A stretch of DNA of 10,526 bases from Candidatus Oleincola secundus (GTDB lineage: Bacteria > Atribacterota > Phoenicimicrobiia > Phoenicimicrobiales > Stramentimicrobiaceae), in assembly GCA_018400815.1 (NCBI GenBank), contig JAGYLS010000064.1, positions 1 to 10,526 of the forward strand, in the 5' to 3' direction. Within the stretch, counting starts at the first letter, position 1, and each line of letters starts with the position of its first letter. Of the stretch, positions 1-7,600 are shown in pieces. The position numbers were made by a program, and so were the translations under genes. The notes beneath the pieces were generated by a model. The model was not told the origin of the DNA. It ran no database searches and saw nothing but the letters and a program-made list of their open reading frames with translations.

Positions 1-2
1 TG

Positions 3-1739
3 ATTTATGGGTTTAATGGAAAGAAGAATCTTAAAAAATTTGGAGTGTCAAATATTATACTTTCGCTAGTATATATAGGAATATCAGTTTATTTTATTTT
101 AACATGGAGCACCAGGGCACAAACAGTCGGATTGCCATTACCTATGATTGATTATGTATTAGGTACTATTATTTTATTTTTAACAATTGAAGGTGCCAGG
201 CGCAGTATTGGTTTGGTATTACCAATAATGGCAATTCTTGTAACGCTTTTTGGAATGTTCGGAGAGTCGATGCCTGGGATGTTTATGCATAAGAATTACT
301 CATTCCTGAGAATTATAGCTAATATGGTTTTGAAAACCGATGGTCTTTATGGAATGTTAACAGGAATTTCGGCCACTTTTATTTTTTTACTTGTATTGTT
401 TGGAGTTATCTATAACGAATCTGGCGCAGGAAAATTTTTCCTTGATTTTGCAATGAGTTTTGTAGGTCACCTTAGAGGAGGAATTGCCAAGGTTTCGATT
501 ATTGCAAGTGCCCTATTCGGAATGATTTCAGGTAGTGGAGTCGCCAATACTGCTGCAGTGGGGAATATTACGATTGGAGCAATGAAACAAAATAATTATG
601 ATTCTAATTTTGCAGCGGCTGTGGTGGCTGCCGCAGGTTCAGGGGGGTTGATAATGCCTCCCATTATGGGTAGTGCAGTTTTTATTATGATGTCCGTGAC
701 TGGTGTACCTTATTTTACGATAATGCTCCGCTCATTTGTGATAGCTTTTCTGTTTTATATTGCTATTTTTATCATGGTTGACTTTCGATCAATGAAATTA
801 GGAATTAAGGGAGAGCCAAAAGAAAAATTGAAAAATTCCAAGGAAGTATTTAAACAAGGATGGAATTACATTTTGCCCCCTCTATTACTTGTTATACTTT
901 TAAGCTTACATGTCAATATTATTCGTTCGGTCTTTTGGGCAATCATTTCGATTCCATTTGCAACAATGTTACAGAAGTCAACCCGAATGAGCTTAAAAAA
1001 TTTAGTTAAAGCCTTATCAAAAGGTGCCATTTCTGCTTTAACTGTCGTCGCAATATTGTCTGTTGCAAGCATCATTGTTGGTTTAGTCAATTTTACGGGG
1101 TTAGGAATTATGATTTCAACTATATTGATAAGATTGTCCGGAGGCAATTTGTTTATACTACTTATACTAACAATGATTTCCTCAATTATATTGGGGATGG
1201 GTGTGCCGCCTGTAGCTGCCTATGTAGTTTTATCTATATTAGTAGTACCTGCTTTAACTCAAATGGGTGTATGGTTTTTTGCTGCTCATATGTTTGTATT
1301 TTATTTTTCTGTTTTAGCAGAAATTACTCCCCCCGTTGCACCAAACGCATATGTTGCTTCCGGAATAGCCAATTCAAATTTTTTAAAAACAGCTCTTACT
1401 GCTATGAAAATATCTTTTCCAGTCATTATAATGCCCTATGTTTTTGTATATAATAACGCTCTTTTGATGAATGGTTCTTTTTTGCAGATAGTTTCGATTG
1501 TTTTATTTGCCTTGATTGCTACATATATAATGAGTTGCGCTCTTGAAAATTTCTATTTTACCAGAATTAATTGGCTGTATAGCATGGCTTTAATTACCGG
1601 AAGTATCTTAATTCTAATGCCAGATTACAAATTAATAATTTTAGGATTTTTAATTATTGGAAGCATGACGGTATATTTGAAATTGAAACAAAAAAGGAAA
1701 TTAGCTAAAAATGAATCTATTCTTACAGTTGATGGATAG
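3..1739 (+). CDS. TRAP transporter fused permease (4TM/12TM, DctQM-like, TAXI-type), 5'-truncated by the window edge
   Basis: Very hydrophobic; motifs FGMISGSGVAN, GGLIMPPIMG, LGMGVP, AHMFVFYF, ITPPVA match TRAP 4TM/12TM fusion proteins. The frame is open from position 3 (IYGFNGKKNLKKFGV...), so the GTG at 45 is probably not the real start. Confidence 0.93.
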   Translation: MYGFNGKKNLKKFGVSNIILSLVYIGISVYFILTWSTRAQTVGLPLPMIDYVLGTIILFLTIEGARRSIGLVLPIMAILVTLFGMFGESMPGMFMHKNYSFLRIIANMVLKTDGLYGMLTGISATFIFLLVLFGVIYNESGAGKFFLDFAMSFVGHLRGGIAKVSIIASALFGMISGSGVANTAAVGNITIGAMKQNNYDSNFAAAVVAAAGSGGLIMPPIMGSAVFIMMSVTGVPYFTIMLRSFVIAFLFYIAIFIMVDFRSMKLGIKGEPKEKLKNSKEVFKQGWNYILPPLLLVILLSLHVNIIRSVFWAIISIPFATMLQKSTRMSLKNLVKALSKGAISALTVVAILSVASIIVGLVNFTGLGIMISTILIRLSGGNLFILLILTMISSIILGMGVPPVAAYVVLSILVVPALTQMGVWFFAAHMFVFYFSVLAEITPPVAPNAYVASGIANSNFLKTALTAMKISFPVIIMPYVFVYNNALLMNGSFLQIVSIVLFALIATYIMSCALENFYFTRINWLYSMALITGSILILMPDYKLIILGFLIIGSMTVYLKLKQKRKLAKNESILTVDG

Positions 1740-1825
1740 ACCTGTAGAATAAATAAAAAAATAAGTAAATTATATTTTAAAAATAAAAAAAATAATTGAA
1801 TAACCCTGAAAAAAGGAGAAAGATA

Positions 1826-3370
1826 ATGGGAAAAAATATGGAAGCAGATGTACTAATCATTGGTGGCGGAGTTGCCGGTACTGCTATTGCTAGAGAATTA
1901 TCCAAATACAACCTAAAGACAATTTTAGTAGAAAAAGGATATGCCTTAGCGAATGGACAAACAAAGTTATCCACTGCAAGTATTTATACTGGCCTGGTTA
2001 TGATTGGTTCATTAATTGCAAAAAGTGTTTTGTTGAAACCTGGTGAACCTTTGTACGACCCAAACGGCTTTAAGATGGACTGGTGTGAAATGGGGTTTAA
2101 AGAGTGGCCAAAAATTTTTGAAGAATTGGATGTGAAGTATGTTCGTTTGCCAACATTGGTATTTGCTCGCAATAAAAAAGAATTGGAAGATTTAGACTAT
2201 TATGAAAAAGTAGCTCATCAAATGGGAGGCGAATACGAGAATTGCTATAGAAAAGTTGAGGGCGATGAACTATTTGAACTTGAGCCAAATTTGACCAAAG
2301 ATGCAATAAAAGGTTTGTATGACGAAAACCACCTGATTGATGCCTTTCCTCCCGAATTAGTTACTGCCTTAGCTGAAAATGCTAAGCAGAATGGAGTAGA
2401 TGTTATATTGGATACTGAAGTAACGAACATAAGTCAACAAAACGCTCATCATATTGTTGAAACAAAACAGGGTAATATCGAGACTAATTATATTATCAAT
2501 TGTGCGGGTGGTAATGCAGATAAAATTGCCCAGATGGGTGGTGGGTGTGATTTTAAATTTAATTTAAAAACCAGTACTCTAATGATTTACGATAGAAATA
2601 AAACACATTTGATTAATGGAATGGTTAGACCTCCCTGCGAGCCAGGCTTTCTTGCTTTTGTAAAACCAAATGCTCATGGTAATATAATGGGAACATACGG
2701 ACATTATGGTACAGTTGAACATCCAGAAGACACAGAAATCATTCTTGAACAAGGCATCAAAGGTGCTGAAGGAGTTAATGGTTTTATTCCAAGTTTAAGT
2801 AGAAAAGACGTGGTTAACTTATGGCGAGGAGTTAGATGTTTTAGTAATAAAGAACCGGATGATTATCTTGTTGAATTTTCTCCCTTTAATAAAAAGATGA
2901 TTAATATTGTGTTGAGGGCTCCCGGTATTGCAGGGTCACTAGGTTTATCAAGACATATTCCAAAAATGCTTTCAGAGGCAGGGTTGAAATTAGAAAAGAA
3001 GAGTGATTTTAATCCCCGAAGAAAAGCTATTCCCAGATTTCGTGATTTATCAGATGATGAACGAAATGAACTAATTAAAAAGGACCCACGATACGGTCAT
3101 GTTATATGTCGTTGTGAAACTGTCACAGAAGGTGAAATAGTAGAGGCAATCAAAAGAGGAGCAATATCAGAACAAGGTGTCAAGTTTAGGACAAGAGCAG
3201 GCATGGGCCGTTGTAAGAGGGGTTTTTGTGGTCCACGAGTTATAGAAATTTTGGCAAGGGAATTAAACATTCCAGTAACGGAAGTTGTTAAAAGAGGCTA
3301 TAATTCTGTTCTGATTCCTTATAAAGCAAAAGAAATATTATTAGAGAAAGAAGAGGCTTTGGTAAGATGA
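1826..3370 (+). CDS. FAD-dependent oxidoreductase, GlpA/LhgO (DAO) family, with C-terminal BFD-like [2Fe-2S] domain
   Basis: N-terminal DVLIIGGGVAG...LVEK Rossmann motif, INCAGGNAD, C-terminal ICRCETVTEGEI...RTRAGMGRCKRGFC (4 Cys). Start placed at ATG 1826, downstream of AGGAG (1814-1818), rather than TTG 1796. Confidence 0.9.
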   Translation: MGKNMEADVLIIGGGVAGTAIARELSKYNLKTILVEKGYALANGQTKLSTASIYTGLVMIGSLIAKSVLLKPGEPLYDPNGFKMDWCEMGFKEWPKIFEELDVKYVRLPTLVFARNKKELEDLDYYEKVAHQMGGEYENCYRKVEGDELFELEPNLTKDAIKGLYDENHLIDAFPPELVTALAENAKQNGVDVILDTEVTNISQQNAHHIVETKQGNIETNYIINCAGGNADKIAQMGGGCDFKFNLKTSTLMIYDRNKTHLINGMVRPPCEPGFLAFVKPNAHGNIMGTYGHYGTVEHPEDTEIILEQGIKGAEGVNGFIPSLSRKDVVNLWRGVRCFSNKEPDDYLVEFSPFNKKMINIVLRAPGIAGSLGLSRHIPKMLSEAGLKLEKKSDFNPRRKAIPRFRDLSDDERNELIKKDPRYGHVICRCETVTEGEIVEAIKRGAISEQGVKFRTRAGMGRCKRGFCGPRVIEILARELNIPVTEVVKRGYNSVLIPYKAKEILLEKEEALVR

Positions 3371-4626
3371 CTGTAGAAGATAAAAATATTGATATTTTAA
3401 TCATTGGTGCAGGGCCTGCCGGATTAGCAGCTGCCATTAGGGCGAAAGAAGAAGGCGTTTCCAATGTGACAATTATTGAAAGGGATAAAATACTTGGTGG
3501 ATTATTGCATCAGTGTATACATAACGGTTTTGGATTGTGGTATTTTGGTAAGGATATGAGTGGACCGGAATATGCAAACAGATTTATTAATATGGTAAAA
3601 GATTTGGGAATCAATATCTTACTTGATAGCATGGTTTTAAATATTACTCCTGATAAAAAAGTAACTTTTTGCAATAAAAATGGTGTACAAACATTAGAAC
3701 CAAAAGCAATTATCCTGACCATGGGTTGTAGGGAGAGATCAAGGGAAAGTATTATGGTATCCGGAAATAGGCCGGCAGGCGTATTTACAGCAGGAACTGC
3801 CCAGAGATTTGTCAATGTGGAAGGTTATATTCCAGGCAAAGAAGTAGTAATTTTAGGTTCAGGAGATATAGGCATGATTATGGCCCGCCGCCTGACCCTG
3901 GAAGGTCTGGACGTGAAAGCCGTAGTAGAAGTTTTACCTTTTGTAGGGGGGTTAATCAGGAATGAAGTACAATGCCTCCATGATTTTGATATAGATATAT
4001 TATTAAAACACACTGTTTCTTGGATACATGGTAAAGAAAGAGTTGAAGGTGTAACTATTTCTGAAGTGGATAACAAAATGATACCGATTGCCGGAACCGA
4101 AAAAGATGTCAAGTGTGATACTCTTATTTTATCAGTTGGTCTTGTTCCGGAAAATGAATTATCAACGATGGCAGGGGTGAAATTAGATCCCATTACCGGA
4201 GGTCCTGTCGTTGATGAATATAGAATGACAAATATTCCGGGTATTTTTGCCGGAGGAAATGTAGTACAGGTGCATGATTTAGTAGACAATGTATCCTGGG
4301 AATCTGAAATTGCCGGTTTTAATGCAGCACGGTATGCCAAGGGAGAAATGTTTAAGGAAGGGAAAATTAGATTAATTCCAGGAAATAATATAAGATATGT
4401 TGTACCCCAGGTAATATCAGGTGAAGAAGATGTAACGGTGTATATGAGGGTAAGAGAACCAAAAGAGATGGTGAGGGTAAAGATTGGAGATGTTGTTAGA
4501 AAGGCAGAAAGAATAGTTAAGCCCAGTTCGATGTTAAAGTATGATCTTTCCCACGAGAAACATCTAAGTAAATTGACTGAAGGTACAAAAGAAATAACGA
4601 TTAGTTGTAGTGAGAAAGGAAAATAA
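3367..4626 (+). CDS. NAD(P)/FAD-dependent pyridine nucleotide-disulfide oxidoreductase, partner subunit of the GlpA-like protein
   Basis: IIGAGPAGLAAA FAD motif, QCIHNGFG, MGCRER, second Rossmann VILGSGDIG, GIFAGGNVVQVHDLVD; ATGA overlap with the upstream stop (3367-3370). Confidence 0.92.
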   Translation: MTVEDKNIDILIIGAGPAGLAAAIRAKEEGVSNVTIIERDKILGGLLHQCIHNGFGLWYFGKDMSGPEYANRFINMVKDLGINILLDSMVLNITPDKKVTFCNKNGVQTLEPKAIILTMGCRERSRESIMVSGNRPAGVFTAGTAQRFVNVEGYIPGKEVVILGSGDIGMIMARRLTLEGLDVKAVVEVLPFVGGLIRNEVQCLHDFDIDILLKHTVSWIHGKERVEGVTISEVDNKMIPIAGTEKDVKCDTLILSVGLVPENELSTMAGVKLDPITGGPVVDEYRMTNIPGIFAGGNVVQVHDLVDNVSWESEIAGFNAARYAKGEMFKEGKIRLIPGNNIRYVVPQVISGEEDVTVYMRVREPKEMVRVKIGDVVRKAERIVKPSSMLKYDLSHEKHLSKLTEGTKEITISCSEKGK

Positions 4627-4627
4627 A

Positions 4628-4996
4628 ATGCCCAAAAAAGTGAATGTTATATGTACAAATTGTCCTATGGGTTGTGGAATAACCTTAACCGTCGACGAAA
4701 AAAGTGATGAAGTCATCAATATTGAAGGAAATAAATGTAAACAGGGGAAGGAATATGCTTTAGCTGAATATAAAAATCCCGTTCGCGTCCTTACAGCTAC
4801 AGTAAGAACAAATAGTTTAGAAAATCCATTGTTACCAGTGAGGACAGATAAGCCAGTTCCAAGGGATAAGATGAAAGAAATGATGTATGTAGTTGCTAGA
4901 GTAAACGTTAAAAAACCTGTACAGCTTGGTCAAGTTGTTGAGCAAAACATTATGGGTATGGACGTCAATTTAATTGCTACAGAGAATTTGACTTAA
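4628..4996 (+). CDS. DUF1667 family small Cys-rich (putative Fe-S/metal-binding) subunit
   Basis: CTNCPMGC...GNKCKQG...PVRVLTATVR...PVRTDKPVP pattern; ATG 4628 follows GAAAGGA (4614-4620) and lies 1 nt after the previous stop; usual third gene of this module. Confidence 0.9.
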   Translation: MPKKVNVICTNCPMGCGITLTVDEKSDEVINIEGNKCKQGKEYALAEYKNPVRVLTATVRTNSLENPLLPVRTDKPVPRDKMKEMMYVVARVNVKKPVQLGQVVEQNIMGMDVNLIATENLT

Positions 4997-5064
4997 TTAT
5001 AAATATTATATTACTGAAATATTAAAAAATATATTCACTGTACTTGTTTTAAGTACTTTGGATA

Positions 5065-5093
5065 TTGCAATTTTCTGATTCAGAAAGTAATAT
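5065..5093 (+). promoter_or_regulatory. Putative sigma70 promoter with a palindromic operator in the spacer
   Basis: TTGCAA (5065-5070), 17 nt, TAATAT (5088-5093); the spacer contains the perfect inverted repeat TTTCTGA-T-TCAGAAA (5072-5086). Confidence 0.55.
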
Positions 5094-5135
5094 ATATTAA
5101 TATTAATTTTATGAAATAAAAGAATAAGGATTATA

Positions 5136-5741
5136 TTGTTAATTATGAAAGTTAATAAAAAGAAAGATTATTCTGACGGTTGCTTTGAAAAAAAACTTGA
5201 AGAAAATAAAGAAATTTACACAACGAAAGGCATACCTCCGGGAGGAAGAGAAAAAATTCTAGATATTATTGCTAAGTCAGCATTTAACAATGATAGGGTT
5301 TATGAGGGCTGTACACGCAGCGTATTAGCGGCACTTATTGAACATTTACACTTATCAAGTGCTGAGGGTGCTAAGGAAGTCATTAAAGCGAGCACGGCTT
5401 TAGCGGGAGGAGTCTGCCGGATGGGGGAAACTTGTGGTGCACTTACAGGTGGTATTATGGCAATTGGTTTAGTAGTTGGATCCGAAAAGCTCGAAGAGTT
5501 TGATGCCTATAAATGTGCTATGGAACTTTCTTATAAACTGTACAATCGTTTTATGAAAAAATATGGGACAACACGTTGCTATGAGATTCAGGAAAAAGTG
5601 TTGGGCAGAAGCTATGATTTTAAAGATGAAGAAGAAGGGGCAGCGTGGTACCAGGATGGTGGTTTGTATGAATGTCCAATGGTCTGCGCAACTGCAGCTC
5701 GGTTAGCAGCCGAGGTTATTTTAGATTTCAAAAATAAATAA
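5136..5741 (+). CDS. C_GCAxxG_C_C family putative redox-active protein
   Basis: GCTRSVL...LAGGVCRMGETCGALTGG...GTTRC...CPMVC pattern; AAGGA at 5126-5130 precedes TTG 5136 (ATG 5145 is an alternative start). Confidence 0.88.
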   Translation: MLIMKVNKKKDYSDGCFEKKLEENKEIYTTKGIPPGGREKILDIIAKSAFNNDRVYEGCTRSVLAALIEHLHLSSAEGAKEVIKASTALAGGVCRMGETCGALTGGIMAIGLVVGSEKLEEFDAYKCAMELSYKLYNRFMKKYGTTRCYEIQEKVLGRSYDFKDEEEGAAWYQDGGLYECPMVCATAARLAAEVILDFKNK

Positions 5742-5785
5742 TCTATATATATGATATTTTGTAAACAGAATTGTTATTTATTTAA

Positions 5786-6019
5786 CCATGAAAAACCACC
5801 TTCTTAGAAGGTGGTAATGGTTAAATTGATTTTACCATAAAAAAGAGCAAGAGAAGCTATCTGATAATTTTTCACCTGCAGTCCAAAGCAAATATTTCTA
5901 ATGCTTAGAAATATTCAGTTAAAATAGTAGAAAAAAGCAAAACAAATACTAACCAATAAAGGGTTAAACATCTTTTAGAAGTTCTTAAAACCACCCGCTA
6001 AGCGGGTGCGATATTGACT
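5786..6019. mobile_element. Probable non-autonomous IS200/IS605-family remnant (MITE-like, no transposase)
   Basis: Two related GC-rich hairpins ~195 nt apart, both starting AAAACCACC: ACCACCTTCT-T-AGAAGGTGGT (5795-5815) and CACCCGCT-A-AGCGGGTG (5992-6008). No long ORF between them and no obvious terminal inverted repeats or target duplication. Boundaries approximate. Confidence 0.6.
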
Positions 6020-6066
6020 GTTATGTTAAAGAATTTATAGAAGGTATTCAAAAAGGTGAAGCATAG

Positions 6067-6738
6067 ATGGCAACATTACCTAAAATCAATGACTATGGAT
6101 TACTAAGAGAGCGGATATATCAAATATTAAAGACCTATATTATCGAAGGTGAATTTAAAGAAGATGCCAAGATTACCGAAGCAGAATTATCAAAGCAGTT
6201 AGGCGTCAGCAAGACACCTGTTAGAGAGGCTATAAGTAGGTTGGTTATTGAAGGGCTAATTACTTTACACCCTAACAAAAGAATGACGATTACAAAAATA
6301 TCCGCCAAAGACGTTATTGAAGTTTACCAATTGAGGAAATGTTTGTGTGGTCTTTCAGCAACATTACTTGCTTCAAAAATTACTGAGGAAGATATTGTCA
6401 AGTTCAGGGAAATTATTAGAGAAATGGAATTATTCGTTAAAAAAGGCAATGTTATAGAATATAGCAAATCAGCTGATAGATTTCATAGTTTAATGCAGCA
6501 TTTATCCGGAAACAGCAGACTGGGAAACCTTAGTAATAACCTACATGAACAAGTTTATCGATATAGAATTAAATCGCTTAAAGTAAAAGGAAGAATAGAA
6601 AAGTCTTTGAATGAGCATAAGAAAATCATAGAGGCTTTAATTAGACATGATTCCGAACAAGCAAAAAAGTTTTGTCAAGAGCATTTAGATAATGCCTTAC
6701 AAAATATTTTACGGAATACAATAGATGAGAAGCAATAA
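6067..6738 (+). CDS. GntR family transcriptional regulator, FadR/FCD subfamily
   Basis: wHTH motif EAELSKQLGVSKTPVREAISRLVIEGLI; FCD motifs DRFH...SGN and EHKKIIEAL...EHL; RBS AAGGTG upstream. Confidence 0.95.
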   Translation: MATLPKINDYGLLRERIYQILKTYIIEGEFKEDAKITEAELSKQLGVSKTPVREAISRLVIEGLITLHPNKRMTITKISAKDVIEVYQLRKCLCGLSATLLASKITEEDIVKFREIIREMELFVKKGNVIEYSKSADRFHSLMQHLSGNSRLGNLSNNLHEQVYRYRIKSLKVKGRIEKSLNEHKKIIEALIRHDSEQAKKFCQEHLDNALQNILRNTIDEKQ

Positions 6739-7591
6739 ACTTACTTTAAAAGAAATTAAAGCAAGCCTGATCAAAGAAAAAGTAAAAGAGTTATTTTTAG
6801 AAGCTAATTATCAGATAAGCTTAGACTTAATGAATTTATTAGAGGAAAACCTTAAGAAGGAAACTTCACCCCTAGGGCAGTATGCCTTGGAAGCTATTAT
6901 TGAAAATAATAAAATTGCCTTATCTGAAAGGTTACCCCTTTGCCAGGATACGGGGTTAGGAGTTTTATTTCTTGAGTTGGGACAAAATGTTCATATTGTT
7001 GAGGGTGATTTGAAAGAAGCCATTAACCAGGGAGTCAGAGAAGCTTATGAAGAGGGTTATTTCCGAAAATTGGTTGTAGATGACCCTCTTTTTGAAAGAA
7101 AAAATACTAAGACAAATACCCCGGCAATTATTTATACAGACATTGTCCCTGGGGATAACCTAAAGATACTAGCAATTCCGAAAGGCTTTGGTGCTGAAAA
7201 TATGAGTACTTTGGCAATGCTAAAACCATCTGATGGAAAAGATGAAATAATCAATTTTATTTTAGAAACAGTGAAAAAAGCAGGAGCCAATCCTTGTCCG
7301 CCAACTATTATTGGAATTGGTATCGGAGGCACAATCGATCAATCAATGATCATAGCTAAGAAGGCAATATTTAGAAAAATTGGTCAACACAATACTAATC
7401 CAAAATATGCTTCTTTAGAAGAAGAAATTTTAGAGAAAATTAATTGCCTGGGTATTGGACCCGCAGGTTTGGGAGGGAATATAACTTCCTTAGCTGTCCA
7501 TATTGATTATCTCCCTACCCATATAGCTGGTCTGCCGGTAGCTGTTAATATCTGTTGCCATTCAGCAAGATATGCCAGAGGAGTAATATAA
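6725..7591 (+). CDS. Fe-S hydro-lyase alpha subunit (class I fumarate hydratase / L-tartrate dehydratase family)
   Basis: PLCQDTG, NTKTNTPA, PKGFGAEN, NPCPP..IGIGIGGT, GIGPAGLGG, PTHIAGLPVAVNICCH; three cluster-ligand Cys motifs present; overlaps the gntR 3' end by 14 nt. Confidence 0.95.
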   Translation: MRSNKLTLKEIKASLIKEKVKELFLEANYQISLDLMNLLEENLKKETSPLGQYALEAIIENNKIALSERLPLCQDTGLGVLFLELGQNVHIVEGDLKEAINQGVREAYEEGYFRKLVVDDPLFERKNTKTNTPAIIYTDIVPGDNLKILAIPKGFGAENMSTLAMLKPSDGKDEIINFILETVKKAGANPCPPTIIGIGIGGTIDQSMIIAKKAIFRKIGQHNTNPKYASLEEEILEKINCLGIGPAGLGGNITSLAVHIDYLPTHIAGLPVAVNICCHSARYARGVI

Positions 7592-7600
7592 TATAAAAAT

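Noticed and set aside
1745..1800. Repeated AAATAAAAAAATAA between the TRAP and oxidoreductase genes
   Set aside because: Low-complexity A-rich sequence; no terminator stem seen.
1826..3370. Assigning glpA or lhgO
   Set aside because: Active-site motif is divergent and no glycerol genes are in the window, so specificity is unsupported.
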